Shown piece after piece: positions 41,660-57,544 of a DNA stretch of 64,000 bases; position 1 is the stretch's first letter, and each line of letters starts with the position of its first letter. Location of the stretch: NCBI GenBank assembly GCA_963697335.1, contig CAVONQ010000018.1:1-64000 (forward strand), written 5' to 3'. The translations under genes and the position numbers were made by a program. This stretch comes from an uncultured cyanobacterium (GTDB lineage Bacteria; Cyanobacteriota; Cyanobacteriia; PCC-6307; Cyanobiaceae). The notes beneath the pieces are model-generated. The model did not search any database. It was not told the origin of the DNA and saw only the letters and a program-made list of their open reading frames with translations.

Positions 41660-43078
41660 TCAGCTTCCAAGCGGGGGCAGGCTGGGCAGCACGGGCTGGT
41701 CGCGCACTTTCAGCACCACGATCGAGGCGTCGTCGTCGAGCTGGCGGTTGGCGCCCACGAAGCGATCGAGGCGGGCGAACAGCTGATCGAGGATCTCCTG
41801 GGCGCCGAGGCCGGCGCGGCAGGCGGCTTGAAAACTCTGCACGAGCCGCAGTTCTTCGTAGCGCTCGCCCCCGAGGCCAATCGCCTCCGTGAGGCCATCG
41901 GTGTAGTACAGCACCACATCGCCGGGGTCGAGCACGGTGCCGTCCACGCCGTACTCGGCGTCGCTCTGCAGACCGATCAACGGGCCTGCTGCATCCAGCC
42001 GCTCCAGCTGATCGGCCTGGCGCCGCCACAGCAGGGGGGGATTGTGGGCGGCATTGCCGTAGCGCAGTCGCCGGGTGCGGGGGTCGAAGTCGGAATAGAA
42101 GAGCGTCACAAAGCGGTGGGAATGGGAGAGGTCCTCCTGGGCCAGTTGGTTGAGGTCGTGGAGGATCCGATCCGGCGGGTGGCCGCTGAGCACCTCGGCC
42201 CGCAACATGCCCCGCAGCAGGCTCATCAGCAGCCCGGCCGGCACCCCCTTTCCCATCACGTCGCCCATCACCACGGCCCAGCGCTCCCGCTCCAGCGGGT
42301 GGCCGGGCCGGGCCGGCCGGGTGGGAATGAAGTCGTAGTAGTCGCCTCCCACCTGGAAGGCCGGCCGGCAGCGGGCCGCCAGCTCGATCCCCTCGATCAC
42401 GGGACAGCGATCCGGCAGCAGCTGGCCCTGCACCTCGGCGCCGATGCTCAGCTGCCGATCCACCCGTTCATGGCGACGCATGTCCTGGAGCAGGGTGTCG
42501 TTTTCGAGGGCCACACCGGCCAGATCGGCCACCAGCTGCACGTGGCGACGATGCACCTCACTCCAGCTGAATCCCTGCCGCTGGCTGAACACATAGAGAC
42601 GGCCCCGCTGGCGGCTGCGGCAGACCACGGACGTGGCGAACACCTGAGCCCCGCCGATCAGCCGCCCCACCCGCTGGTCGAGGCCACCGAGTTCGGTGGG
42701 GTCATCGCGCAGCAGCGGCCTCTCGCTGCTGGCCAAGCCCCCCAGTTGCCGCAGCAGCTCGGCGCAGCGCTCGTAGGGCGTGGCCTGAAGCTGCTCCTTC
42801 CAGAGGCGGCCGTCGTCATGGAACACCACCAGCACGGCCCCATCAGCCTCCACAAGCCGCGCCGCCACCGCCGGCACCAGCTCCAGCAGGCGGCTGAGGT
42901 TGGTCACGCTGCGCAGCGCAAAGGCTAGGGAGGCCAGCAGATCCTGGTTGCGGCGCTGCTCCCGGTTCAGGCTGTCGAGCAGTTGCCGCATCGAGGCAGC
43001 CGCCGCAGGGTCGGGGGCAGGGACCGCGGCCGTAGGGGCCAGGTCAGCATCGAGGCGCGTGGGCGGCTTCTGGCTCAA
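41660..43078 (-). CDS. GAF + PP2C (RsbU/SpoIIE-type) phosphatase
   Basis: [30 protein letters not shown] and DDASIVV. Confidence 0.9.
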   Translation of the reverse strand: MSQKPPTRLDADLAPTAAVPAPDPAAAASMRQLLDSLNREQRRNQDLLASLAFALRSVTNLSRLLELVPAVAARLVEADGAVLVVFHDDGRLWKEQLQATPYERCAELLRQLGGLASSERPLLRDDPTELGGLDQRVGRLIGGAQVFATSVVCRSRQRGRLYVFSQRQGFSWSEVHRRHVQLVADLAGVALENDTLLQDMRRHERVDRQLSIGAEVQGQLLPDRCPVIEGIELAARCRPAFQVGGDYYDFIPTRPARPGHPLERERWAVVMGDVMGKGVPAGLLMSLLRGMLRAEVLSGHPPDRILHDLNQLAQEDLSHSHRFVTLFYSDFDPRTRRLRYGNAAHNPPLLWRRQADQLERLDAAGPLIGLQSDAEYGVDGTVLDPGDVVLYYTDGLTEAIGLGGERYEELRLVQSFQAACRAGLGAQEILDQLFARLDRFVGANRQLDDDASIVVLKVRDQPVLPSLPPLGS

Positions 43079-43113
43079 GGAGCGGCCGCGGAGGATCCGA
43101 AGGGTAGCGGCGA

Positions 43114-44682
43114 TCAGCCCGCCATCAGGGCCTCCACGAACTCAAAGCTGTTGAACGGCCGCAGATCGCGGATGCCCTCGCCAGCCCCCACGAACCGGAT
43201 CGGCAGCCGGGCCTCCGACGCCACCGCCAGGGCGACGCCGCCGCGGGCGCTGCCATCCAGCTTGGTGAGCACCACGCCCGTGAGGCCGGCGGCGCTGGCA
43301 AAAGCCATCGCCTGCCGCAGCCCGTTCTGACCCTGGCTGGCATCGAGCACCAGCAACGACTCCACCACGGCCTCCGGCGCCAGCTTGTCGACGATGCGCC
43401 GCACCTTGGCCAGCTCCTCCATCAGGTTGTGCTTGGTCTGCAGGCGACCGGCCGTGTCCACCAGCACCAGTTCGGTGCCCTGGGCCCGGGCGGCCCCAAG
43501 GGCGTCGTAGACGACGGCGGCGGGATCGGCATTGGCGCTGGGGTTGGAGATCACCGCCACGCCACTGCGCTCACCCCACACCTGCACCTGCTGCACAGCA
43601 GCGGCCCGGAAGGTGTCGGCGGCGGCGATCAGGCAGCTGTAGCCGCTGCGCACCGCCAGGTTGGCGAGCTTGCCCAGGGTGGTGGTCTTGCCCACCCCAT
43701 TGACTCCCACCAGCAACCACACATTGAGGCGGCCGCGCTCCGGGGCCAGCAGCGGGCTGGCAAGACCCTGGCCTGGATCATCGAGGATCTGGCGCAGCTG
43801 TTCCTTGAGAAAGCGGAGGCCTTCGGCGGGATCCACCACCTCGCGGTTGAGGCGCTGGCGCAGGGCATCCAGCACGCGATCGGTGGCGCTCACGCCCACA
43901 TCGGCCCGCAGCAGGGTGGTTTCGAGGTCGTCGAGGGTTTCGGGGCTGAGGGGGTCATCGCCAAGCCGCTCCAGCAGCTGGCTGACAAAGCCCTGACGGG
44001 TCTTCTCCAGACCCTGCCGCAACCGCCCCAGCCAGTCGATCTCCTCCAGCGAGACGTCCTCCACCCGGCGTCCCTGGGCTGCCAGCACCTCGGCCGACCA
44101 GGTGAAGGTGTCGTCGAACGCCCCCAGCTGGGGTTCCGCTGTCCGGGATGGGACTGGGGCTGTGGGCTCGGACGGCTTCTGGACAGAGGCCGCTGGCGTG
44201 GGGGCGGCATCGGCCGTGATCGCTGCGGCAGCAGCGGTGATCGCCTGCTGGCGCTCGGCCCGCTGTGCCGCGGCCTGCTCGAGCAGCGAAACCGGAGCGG
44301 CCACCGGGGCTACCAGCGTGGTGGAGCCTGCTGGTGGTGAAGCCGGAGCGACCTCCGCTGTCTCAGGCTCAGGGGGGTGGGGCACCTGGGCAGCCTGCTC
44401 AGCCGCCAGCTGCTGGGCCTTGAGACGGGCATAGGCCTCCCGGGCCCAGGCGAGGGCGTCCTGGTCAGTGGCTGGTGGGGTGGTGGCCGCTGCAGGGGCA
44501 GGCGTGGCCGTCGCCGCTGCACTCTCCGGGACCAGCGCGGGCTCGACAGACGGCGGCTCCTGCACTGGCTCGGACGGCGGCGGCTCGGGCGCTGTCCGTG
44601 CGTCGGGGGAAGCGGTGGGGAGCGTGTCGTCGGCCGCCGGGGGCGGGGAAGCAGGCCTGCGCCTGAACCAGTCGAACACCAT
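43114..44682 (-). CDS. ftsY: SRP receptor FtsY
   Basis: GVNGVGKTTT, DTFRAAA, DTAGRL and TKLDGSARGG; long Pro/Ala N-terminal region. Confidence 0.96.
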   Translation of the reverse strand: MVFDWFRRRPASPPPAADDTLPTASPDARTAPEPPPSEPVQEPPSVEPALVPESAAATATPAPAAATTPPATDQDALAWAREAYARLKAQQLAAEQAAQVPHPPEPETAEVAPASPPAGSTTLVAPVAAPVSLLEQAAAQRAERQQAITAAAAAITADAAPTPAASVQKPSEPTAPVPSRTAEPQLGAFDDTFTWSAEVLAAQGRRVEDVSLEEIDWLGRLRQGLEKTRQGFVSQLLERLGDDPLSPETLDDLETTLLRADVGVSATDRVLDALRQRLNREVVDPAEGLRFLKEQLRQILDDPGQGLASPLLAPERGRLNVWLLVGVNGVGKTTTLGKLANLAVRSGYSCLIAAADTFRAAAVQQVQVWGERSGVAVISNPSANADPAAVVYDALGAARAQGTELVLVDTAGRLQTKHNLMEELAKVRRIVDKLAPEAVVESLLVLDASQGQNGLRQAMAFASAAGLTGVVLTKLDGSARGGVALAVASEARLPIRFVGAGEGIRDLRPFNSFEFVEALMAG

Positions 44683-45341
44683 CAGGAGGCCGTCACTGCG
44701 TTGGTGAAGCGGCGCAGCACGCCGTTGATCATGCGGCGGCCCTGTTCATCGCTGTAGCGGTTGGCCAGATCCACCGCCTCGTTGCAGGCCACGGCGGCAG
44801 GGGTGCCGAAGTCGGCAAGATCCACGGCGGCCAGACGCAGGATGTCGCGGTCGATACGGGGCAGCCTGGTCAGCCGCCAACCCTCCATCACGGCATCGAG
44901 GCGCCGATCGATGTCCTCGCGCTGGCGCAGCACGGCTCCAGCGCGATCCAGGGCACCGCGGCGCACCTCCTCCTGGTCGGCGAGCATCAGCAGGCGCGGC
45001 AGCTCCAGGCTGGCCGAGAGGCGGTTGAGCGCCTGCTCCGCGGCGGCCAGGCCATCGTGGAGGTGCTGGCGCACCCGGGGCAGCTGGCTCAAGCCCTGAT
45101 CCTGGAGCTCACTATCAAGGAGGTGCTGCTGCGACAGCTGCAGATCGGCGGCGGAGCGGTCGAGGGCTTCGCGCACGTGCTGGCTGAGGCTGGTCAGGGC
45201 CTGATGCAGCAACTGGTCCAGCGCCAGATCGGCGGGAGCCTGGCTGGCGGCGGCCGCTTTGGCGGCAGCGCCATCGCCACGGTCACTGATCTGACCCAGC
45301 ATCAGCAGGGCCAGTTCGCGGGAGAGGGTGCGGCTCTGCAT
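44682..45341 (-). CDS. nusB: Transcription antitermination factor NusB
   Basis: SRELAL, WRLTRLPRIDRDILRLA and NEAVDLANRY...INGVL. Confidence 0.93.
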   Translation of the reverse strand: MQSRTLSRELALLMLGQISDRGDGAAAKAAAASQAPADLALDQLLHQALTSLSQHVREALDRSAADLQLSQQHLLDSELQDQGLSQLPRVRQHLHDGLAAAEQALNRLSASLELPRLLMLADQEEVRRGALDRAGAVLRQREDIDRRLDAVMEGWRLTRLPRIDRDILRLAAVDLADFGTPAAVACNEAVDLANRYSDEQGRRMINGVLRRFTNAVTAS

Positions 45342-46066
45342 CAGGACATCTGGGGGGCGCGCAGCTGGGCCAGCAGGCTGGAGAAGCTGCGATTGGGGGT
45401 TTCGCGTTCGTCGGGATTGACGATGCCCGCGGAGATGATCGTGCGGAAGGCATCCTCCACGGAGAGGTTCAGGTCCCGGACGGAAGTCTCGGGCACCACC
45501 GCGTACCAGCCGGTGGTGGGGTTTGGAGCGGTGGGGATGAACACGCTCAGCATCGGTTCAGTGAAGCCGGCCTGCAGGGCGCTGCCCAGCACCCCTGTGA
45601 CGAAACCCAGCGCAAACAGACCCTCGCGGGGATATTCCACCAGCACCACCCGACGGAAGCGGGTGGCATTGCCCTGCAGGAAGGTTTCCAGCAGCTGCTT
45701 GAGGGTCTTGTAGACGGAGCCCGCCAACGGGATGCGCAGCAGGGTGCCCTCGCCAAACTCCAGCAGCCAGCGACCCACGATGTTGCGGGCCATCAGGCCG
45801 ATCAGCAGGATGGCCAGCAGGGGCACCACCAGCCCCACTCCCAGGTTGATCAGCTCCTGCAGAAGCGGGCTGAGGGTGTTGAACGGGTTGAACTGCTTCG
45901 GGATGGAGGTGAGGAACGCCAGCACAAAGCGGCTGACCGTGGTGGCCAGCCAGATGGTGGTGGCCAGGGGGATCACCACCAGCAACCCGGCGATCAGGTC
46001 GTTCTTCAGATCCTGCTGGAGTCGGTTGCTCAGCGGCTGATCAGGTTTGGGACTGGATTGAACCAA
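45341..46066 (-). CDS. DUF502 membrane protein
   Basis: LIAGLLVVIPL, VVLVEYPR and VFIPTAPNPTTGW. Confidence 0.88.
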   Translation of the reverse strand: MVQSSPKPDQPLSNRLQQDLKNDLIAGLLVVIPLATTIWLATTVSRFVLAFLTSIPKQFNPFNTLSPLLQELINLGVGLVVPLLAILLIGLMARNIVGRWLLEFGEGTLLRIPLAGSVYKTLKQLLETFLQGNATRFRRVVLVEYPREGLFALGFVTGVLGSALQAGFTEPMLSVFIPTAPNPTTGWYAVVPETSVRDLNLSVEDAFRTIISAGIVNPDERETPNRSFSSLLAQLRAPQMS

Positions 46067-46134
46067 GGCAAAACCCGGCGATCCGGTCGACAGCTGCGAA
46101 GGCACAACTTAGCCAGCCAAGGCGCCGCCCCGTC

Positions 46135-46803
46135 TCAGACGAGGGCGACCAGTGCCACCAGCACAAAGGCCACCGCCAGCAGCATGGCCCGGCCTGTCCC
46201 ACCGAAGCGGCGCTGCTGCACGGAGAGATCGCGACCGAGGCGAGCCTGGTCGATCTGCTTCTGCGCCTGGGCCAGCTGAGGTTTGAGCTGGCTGTCGATG
46301 AACTCCTGGGCCTTCTGCTTCTTGATTTCGTCGGTGGCGCCGGCCGGAATCCGACCTTCCCGTTCCGCCTCGGCGATCAACTGATCCACGAAAGCCGGAT
46401 CCTGCAACTGCTGCTGCTGCTGCTCCAGCTGGGAGGTCTGCTGGGCGATCTGGGCTTCCGACTCCTGCATCTGGGCACTGAGGGAGCGCTCGGCCTCCAC
46501 AGCGATGGGCACCGTCACCACCATCGCCACGGCCAGCAGGATGGCCAGCACACCGGTGGTCCAGCGCAGGGCCGTACGGGAGGGGGCGCCCTCGAGGCGG
46601 CTGCCGAAGAGCATCAGCAGCAGGCCCACCAGGGCCATGGGCGACTCGGACACGAGCCGGTCGACGAACACCTGGCGGAACGGCTCCAGTGACCAGTTCC
46701 AGGCGGCCACCAGGGCTGCGATCTGCAGACCCATCAGCAGCACCAGGGTGAGGCCGATCCAGCGCAGGAGGAAGGCCAGTCGGCCGTGGGGAGCTGTACT
46801 CAC
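46135..46803 (-). CDS. HpsJ-like membrane protein
   Basis: Four TM segments with DRLVSESPMALVGLLL and a Gln-rich coiled coil; GTG start at 46803. Confidence 0.7.
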   Translation of the reverse strand: MSTAPHGRLAFLLRWIGLTLVLLMGLQIAALVAAWNWSLEPFRQVFVDRLVSESPMALVGLLLMLFGSRLEGAPSRTALRWTTGVLAILLAVAMVVTVPIAVEAERSLSAQMQESEAQIAQQTSQLEQQQQQLQDPAFVDQLIAEAEREGRIPAGATDEIKKQKAQEFIDSQLKPQLAQAQKQIDQARLGRDLSVQQRRFGGTGRAMLLAVAFVLVALVALV

Positions 46804-46848
46804 AGGCGTTGCATTGCAGACTGAGATTGCGTGGCAACTGTACGGGCG

Positions 46849-47883
46849 ATGCCGATCGGCACCCAGAGCGCCCGCTTCGGCAGTGGCCATGGTCCGGAAG
46901 CGACGGGCCATCCGGCGGAGCTGGTGGACGCGCTGAAGCAGCGGGCCCTGGCCCTGGGATTCGATCCCGTGGGGGTGGCCGCCGTACCGGGAGGGCCGCG
47001 AATGGCATTGCGCAGCGCCGCCCTGGTGCGTTGGCTGGAGCGGGGAGACCAGGCCGCGATGACCTGGATGGCCGATCCACGCCGTCGCGCCGTGGAGGAG
47101 CTCCTGCCTGGTGTGCGCAGCCTGCTGGCGGTGGGGCTGAACTATCACGTGGCCGCAGAACGGCCCCGCGGCGCCTTGAACGTGGCCCGCTACGGCTGGG
47201 GTCGGGACTACCACCGGGTGATCGATGGCCGCCTGCGGCAGCTGGGCCGCTGGCTGGAAACCCAGGTTCCTGGCTGCCGCTGGCGGGCCTGTGTGGACAG
47301 CGCTCCGCTGATGGACAAGGCCTGGGCGGAGGAAGCCGGCCTGGGCTGGATCGGCAAGCACGGCAACCTGATTCACCACCGCAAGGGCTCCTGGCTGCTG
47401 CTGGGTCATCTGCTCACCAGCGTGGTGTTGCCGCCGGACCAACCGGCCGTGCCCCTCTGCGGCAGTTGCAGCCGCTGCCTGCCGGCCTGCCCCACCGGTG
47501 CGATCCGGGAACCCTTCGTGGTGGACAGCCGGCGCTGCATCGCCTTCCACACGATCGAGAGCCGCGAGCCCCAGCTACCCGCCGCGATCGCCGAGCAGCT
47601 GCAGGGCTGGGTGGCCGGCTGCGACCTCTGCCAGGAGGCCTGCCCCTGGAACCAGCAGCCCCTGGAGAGCTCAAGCGATCCCGATCTGGCTCCGAGGCCC
47701 TGGTGGCTCAACCTCTCGGCCGAGGCTCTGCAGTGGAGTGACCGGGAGTGGGACGAGCGGCTGCGCGCCTCGGCCCTGAGGCGGATCAAGCCCTGGATGT
47801 GGCGGCGCAACCTGCGGGCGGCCCTGGGGCTGCCAGAGCCTGAACCGGTTCGGAAGCCACTGCCTAGGGTGGTGGAGCCCTGA
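46849..47883 (+). CDS. queG: Epoxyqueuosine reductase
   Basis: VARYGWGRDYH, CGSCSRCLPACPTGA, RCIAFHTIE and GCDLCQEACPWN; start uncertain. Confidence 0.93.
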   Translation: MPIGTQSARFGSGHGPEATGHPAELVDALKQRALALGFDPVGVAAVPGGPRMALRSAALVRWLERGDQAAMTWMADPRRRAVEELLPGVRSLLAVGLNYHVAAERPRGALNVARYGWGRDYHRVIDGRLRQLGRWLETQVPGCRWRACVDSAPLMDKAWAEEAGLGWIGKHGNLIHHRKGSWLLLGHLLTSVVLPPDQPAVPLCGSCSRCLPACPTGAIREPFVVDSRRCIAFHTIESREPQLPAAIAEQLQGWVAGCDLCQEACPWNQQPLESSSDPDLAPRPWWLNLSAEALQWSDREWDERLRASALRRIKPWMWRRNLRAALGLPEPEPVRKPLPRVVEP

Positions 47884-47886
47884 ACC

Positions 47887-48780
47887 ATGTCAATGAGTTC
47901 GCGCTGGCTGCGCGCCCTTGCACGCGTTGCCCTGGGACTGACCCTCAGCCAGACGCTCCCGGCCCAGGCCCTGGTGCCCTATGCCTACGTTCCCAAAGGC
48001 GAGGAGCTGCAGGGGGCGGGGCTGGGCATCGCCCAGGCGGCCGCCAGGCTGCTGCGGCTCGGCCAGGCCGAAGACGCCGCCCGGCTGGCCGCCCTGACGG
48101 TGCAGCTGTTGCCGGGAGACCCGCGCGGCTGGATGCTGCTGGCGGAAGCCCAGCTGCGCAGCAACCAACGCGAGGCGGCGGCCGTCTCCCTGGCCAGGGC
48201 CAAGGAGCTCGATCCACGCAACGCCGGCATCTGGTTCGCCGAGGGCTCCCTGGCCCTGCGCGATGGCCGCCCGGAGCAGGCGATCGGCCTGCTGGAGCAG
48301 GGGTTGCGGCTCGACAGCCGCAACGCCAGCGCCTATTTCGACCTCGGCAATGCCCACATCCTGCTGAACCAGCCCTCCCAGGCGCTGAAGGCCTTCGAGC
48401 GGGCCAGTGGCCTGCGCAAGGACTTCTGGGAAGCCATCAACAACCAGGCCCTGGTGCTCTACGAGCAGGGCAACGTGGATGAGGCGATCAGCCGCTGGCG
48501 GCGGGTGCTGCGGATCAAACCCGACGCGGCTGAACCCAACCTGGCCCTCGCCGCGAGCCTGTTCCGGCGGGGCGGGGAAGCCCGCAGCGAGGCCCTGGAG
48601 CGGGCCGGCAAGGCCCTCGATGCCGAACCCAACTACGTGCTGGACAGCTACCAGAAGGAACAGTTGTGGGGGCCGAAGCTGCGCACCACCACGCAGCAGC
48701 TGTTCGAGCAGCGGGAACTCAAGGCCCAGGTGGACCGCGCCATGGCCAACGCCAGCCCGGAGGATGGCATCGACCTCTGA
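47887..48780 (+). CDS. Secreted TPR-repeat protein
   Basis: Signal peptide (AQA) and several TPR units (AYFDLGNA, AINNQAL). Confidence 0.85.
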   Translation: MSMSSRWLRALARVALGLTLSQTLPAQALVPYAYVPKGEELQGAGLGIAQAAARLLRLGQAEDAARLAALTVQLLPGDPRGWMLLAEAQLRSNQREAAAVSLARAKELDPRNAGIWFAEGSLALRDGRPEQAIGLLEQGLRLDSRNASAYFDLGNAHILLNQPSQALKAFERASGLRKDFWEAINNQALVLYEQGNVDEAISRWRRVLRIKPDAAEPNLALAASLFRRGGEARSEALERAGKALDAEPNYVLDSYQKEQLWGPKLRTTTQQLFEQRELKAQVDRAMANASPEDGIDL

Positions 48781-48892
48781 GCCATCGGATGAGCCATCGG
48801 AAGCGTCGGCGGCGATCTTGAGCGCCACAATCCCCCTTGGCAGCTGATCGGTAGGCTGAGCCCCACCTCTCGCCCCCAGACTTCAGTAGCGG

Positions 48893-51400
<2,508 letters not shown>

Positions 51401-51447
51401 GGGGGAGCCCAGCTGGGGTGAAACGGCTCAGGGCAAGGGCAGGCTGT

Positions 51448-52929
51448 TCAGCGCAGGGTTGCGGCGATGCCCGCCGGCTCCAGCATCAGTTTGCTGGAGC
51501 GCACGTCGTCGTCCATGGCAATCGGATAGTTGCCATCGAAGCAGGCGGTGCAGAAGTGGGAGGAGTTGGCGTGGGCGGCCTCCACCATGCCCTCCTGGCT
51601 CAGGTAGGCGAGCGAATCCACGCCCAGGTGGGCGGTGATCTCCTCGAGGGTGAGCCGGGCGGCGATCAAGTGGTCCTGGCTGTCGGTGTCGATGCCGTAG
51701 AAGCAGGGGTGGGTGACGGCCGGTGAGCTGATGCGCATGTGCACTTCACGGGCACCGGCATCACGCAGGGCGGCGACCAGCTTGCGGCTCGTGGTGCCAC
51801 GCACGATCGAGTCATCGATCACCACCACCCGCTGGCCGGCCAGCACATCGGGCAGCGGGTTGAGCTTGACGCGGATGCCAGCCTCTCGCATCGCCTGGGT
51901 GGGCTGAATGAAGGTGCGCCCCACATAGCGGTTCTTGATCAGGCCATCGGCATAGGGGATCCCGGTGATCTGGGAGTAGCCGATGGCCGCCGGAATGCCC
52001 GAGTCGGGCACCCCGATCACGATGTCGGCCGCCACGGGGGTTTCGCGGGCCAGCACTTTGCCGATGCGCACCCGGTAGCTGTAAAGCGATTCACCGAAGA
52101 AGCGGCTGTCGGGCCGGGCGAAATAGATCATCTCGAACACGCACAACTTGGCGGGTTCGTCACACCAGAAGCTGCGCCGCGGCTCGGCCTCCCCCTGCAG
52201 GTAGTGGATGATCTCTCCTGGCTGCACGTCGTCTTCGAAGCTGGCGCCGATGATGTCCAGTCCGCAGCTCTCGCTGCTCACCACCCACTGGCCGTCGCCA
52301 GGTTCGCCGAGATGGCCGAACACCAGCGGCCGGATGCCATGGCCATCGCGCAGGGCAAAAAGGGAGCCGGCGGTGCCGATCACCAAGCTGAAGGCGCCCC
52401 GGCAGAGGGCCGCCGCCTCGCGGATGGCGGGATCCCAGTCGAGGCCGCGGTTCACGGCCCGCTGCACGGCAAAGGCGATCAACTCCGAATCGGTGGTGGA
52501 GGTGAGTTCGCTGGCAATCTCGCGGAGGTCTTCGCGCAGCTGGGAGGCGTTGACGAGGTTGCCGTTGTGGGCGAGGGCAAAGGGACCCAGCCTGGTGTTG
52601 AGCACCACCGGCTGGGCATTGCACACCTTGCTGCTGCCGGTGGTGGAGTAGCGGTTGTGGCCGATCGCCAGGTGGCCGGGCATGCGCTCCAGCACGTCCT
52701 GGTCAAACACCTGGCTCACCAGGCCCATGTCCTTGTGCAGGCGCACCTGCTGGTCGTCGTCAAACACGGCGATCCCCGCCGACTCCTGGCCCCTGTGCTG
52801 CAGGGCATAGAGGCCGAAGTAGGTGAGGTTGGCCACCTGCTGCCCGGGAGCCAGCACGGCATAGACGCCACACGCCTCTTCAGGCCTGTCAGGACGCTCG
52901 GTGGACGGGGCGGGCTCCGGATGCTTCAC
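51448..52929 (-). CDS. purF: Amidophosphoribosyltransferase
   Basis: EEACGV propeptide site, QHRGQE, GHNRYST, IDDSIVRGTT and CTACF. Confidence 0.96.
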   Translation of the reverse strand: MKHPEPAPSTERPDRPEEACGVYAVLAPGQQVANLTYFGLYALQHRGQESAGIAVFDDDQQVRLHKDMGLVSQVFDQDVLERMPGHLAIGHNRYSTTGSSKVCNAQPVVLNTRLGPFALAHNGNLVNASQLREDLREIASELTSTTDSELIAFAVQRAVNRGLDWDPAIREAAALCRGAFSLVIGTAGSLFALRDGHGIRPLVFGHLGEPGDGQWVVSSESCGLDIIGASFEDDVQPGEIIHYLQGEAEPRRSFWCDEPAKLCVFEMIYFARPDSRFFGESLYSYRVRIGKVLARETPVAADIVIGVPDSGIPAAIGYSQITGIPYADGLIKNRYVGRTFIQPTQAMREAGIRVKLNPLPDVLAGQRVVVIDDSIVRGTTSRKLVAALRDAGAREVHMRISSPAVTHPCFYGIDTDSQDHLIAARLTLEEITAHLGVDSLAYLSQEGMVEAAHANSSHFCTACFDGNYPIAMDDDVRSSKLMLEPAGIAATLR

Positions 52930-52984
52930 CGCCACAAGCCCACTGTCAGAGATGTCGTGGTCGCATTCTGCACGACCACACCGC

Positions 52985-55387
<2,403 letters not shown>

Positions 55388-55442
55388 AGCCGGAGAAGAT
55401 CAGGAGCACCCAGTGTGGCTGAGCGACTGGGAGCTCAACGGA

Positions 55443-56411
55443 TCAGCCCCAGGGATCCTGTTCCGGATCATCCTCGGCATCGTCCGCCGCCGGCCGGCGG
55501 CGCCGGGACGACCGTGGCAGCGGCGGTGCGTCCTCCTGCATGGCCTCGCTGGGCTCGTCATGCCAGGGCTCTTCCCAGGGCTCCAGGGGGCCTTCGGCGG
55601 GCTCGTCCTCCTGGAGATCAACCGGCTGCCGCCGTGAGGAGTCCAGATCCGGACCCCAGTCGGCGTCCCAATCGGGATCCCAGTCAGCCGGGCGGCGGGC
55701 TTGCGGGGGCGGCTCCAGCCCCTCCCTCTCGGAGCCCTCTCCCCGGGAGACCTCCCAGCCAGGGCCATCCCAGGGGGGCTCCTCCAGCCAGCCCTCCACC
55801 CGCTGTTCAACGCGATCGCCCACCTGCTGGAACTGATCGCGCAGGCGAGTGGTTTCCTCCTGCATCTGATCCCGCCAGCGCCTGGAGCGCCGCAGGAACT
55901 GCTGGCGCACGCTGGCCCGGGCCAGGGGCAGGTCGTCGAGGCCCTCCAGGGTCGTGATCACCTGGCCGGGCTGCTGGTCCACGATCCGCTCCGGACCCAG
56001 ACGCCAGCGGCTGCTGCCCGGCAGCCGGGGATCACTGCGGCTCACCAGGTAGTGGAGGATCCGGCCGGTGGTCAGCTCGATGGCGGCATCGGCCAGGGTG
56101 CCGATCGGCTCACGCCTGGCATCCAGCAGAGAGGCATCGATCAGGGTGGGCAGCCGCTCCAGGGTCTCCTGGTCGGTCTCGGCGGGTTCCCCCTTCACCA
56201 ACACCTCCAGCTCCAGCAGCCCCCGCAGCTGGTCGAGGCGCCAGACCAGGCGGCGAGAGCCGAAGGCCGAAGGCCGGCTGACCCAACCCAGCACCCGGTG
56301 CACCGGCGGGTGCATCCACACCATCGCACCGGCGCCCCGCTCCAGACCCTGCTGGCAGCGCACCCGGCGCCGCAGCAGATCGCTGAGAAAAAGCTGATCG
56401 GGGAGCCCCAC
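55443..56411 (-). CDS. PRC-barrel protein with acidic Trp-rich tail
   Basis: WMHPPVHRVLGW and YLVSRSDPRLPG; lies between dnaN and purL. Confidence 0.75.
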   Translation of the reverse strand: MGLPDQLFLSDLLRRRVRCQQGLERGAGAMVWMHPPVHRVLGWVSRPSAFGSRRLVWRLDQLRGLLELEVLVKGEPAETDQETLERLPTLIDASLLDARREPIGTLADAAIELTTGRILHYLVSRSDPRLPGSSRWRLGPERIVDQQPGQVITTLEGLDDLPLARASVRQQFLRRSRRWRDQMQEETTRLRDQFQQVGDRVEQRVEGWLEEPPWDGPGWEVSRGEGSEREGLEPPPQARRPADWDPDWDADWGPDLDSSRRQPVDLQEDEPAEGPLEPWEEPWHDEPSEAMQEDAPPLPRSSRRRRPAADDAEDDPEQDPWG

Positions 56412-56416
56412 GCTGC

Positions 56417-57544
56417 TCAGCTGCGGATCTGTACCGGCATCACCAGGTAGGTGAAGTCCGAGGCCTCACGGGGCCGCAACACCGCCGGCGTGGTTGGGGC
56501 ATTGCAGTGCAGGTCCACCTGATCGGAGCCAATCGCCTTGAGACCCTCCAGCAGATAACGCACGTTGAAGGCAATCTGCAGCGCCTCCCCCTCGATCGTG
56601 GCCGGCAGGGACTCCGAGCCGCGGCCCACGTCCTGGGCATCGGCCTGCACCTGCAGGGTGCCGCTGCCGGGGTCGGCCGTGATCTTGACCACGTTGTTGT
56701 GCGGGTCGGCCAGCACGGCCACCCGCTCCAGCGCGGCGATCAGGGCACGGCGATCCGTACCGATGCGGCGGCTGAACACGTCCGGGATCAACTGGGGGTA
56801 GTTGGGGTAGGTGCCGTCGAGGCTGCGGCTCGTGAGCACCTGATCCGCCCAGAGAAACACCACCTGGCCGTGCTCGCAGAACAGGCTGAGCGGATCCTGG
56901 GAATGGCGGCTGGAGAGCAGCCGCTCCAGCTCCCGCAGGGAGCGGGAGGGAACGGTGACCGCGAAGGGTTCACCGATGGCGGCATGGGCCAGACGCAGCA
57001 CCGACAGCCGGTGCCCATCGGTGGCTGCACACTCCAGGCCCTCGCCATCGAGCCGCAGATGCACGCCGGTGAGCATCTGCTTGGCCTCGTCACCGCTGCT
57101 GGCGAACAGGGTGGCGCGCAGGCCCTGGGCCAGGGCCTCGGCCTCCAGGCGCAGCGGCTCGCCGCTCTGCACCAGGGGCAGGTCGGGGAAGTCGTCGGCG
57201 GGCATGCCGCGCATCTGATAGGTGCCCGAGAGGCTGATCAGGTCCACCTGGTCGGACTGGTCAGGGCAGCTGATGGTGATCGGACCATCGGCCGACAGGC
57301 GCGAGACGATCTCGGCAAACAGCCTGGACGGCAAGGTGATGGCACCGCTCGTTTCCACCTCGGCCGCCATGCTGGTCTGAATGCCGAGGCTGAGGTCGTA
57401 GCCGGTGAGGCTGAGGCGGCCGGTGCCGGCGTCAGCTGTCAGCAGCACGTTCGCGAGCACGGGGTGGGTCGGCCGTGTGGCGACGGCGCGACTGACCAGT
57501 TGAAGGCTGCCGCTGAGTTCTGTCTGGGAGCAGACCAGCTTCAT
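56417..57544 (-). CDS. dnaN: DNA polymerase III beta clamp
   Basis: MKLVCSQ, ATDGHRL, GTYPNY, IAFNVRYL and YLVMPVQIR. Confidence 0.97.
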   Translation of the reverse strand: MKLVCSQTELSGSLQLVSRAVATRPTHPVLANVLLTADAGTGRLSLTGYDLSLGIQTSMAAEVETSGAITLPSRLFAEIVSRLSADGPITISCPDQSDQVDLISLSGTYQMRGMPADDFPDLPLVQSGEPLRLEAEALAQGLRATLFASSGDEAKQMLTGVHLRLDGEGLECAATDGHRLSVLRLAHAAIGEPFAVTVPSRSLRELERLLSSRHSQDPLSLFCEHGQVVFLWADQVLTSRSLDGTYPNYPQLIPDVFSRRIGTDRRALIAALERVAVLADPHNNVVKITADPGSGTLQVQADAQDVGRGSESLPATIEGEALQIAFNVRYLLEGLKAIGSDQVDLHCNAPTTPAVLRPREASDFTYLVMPVQIRS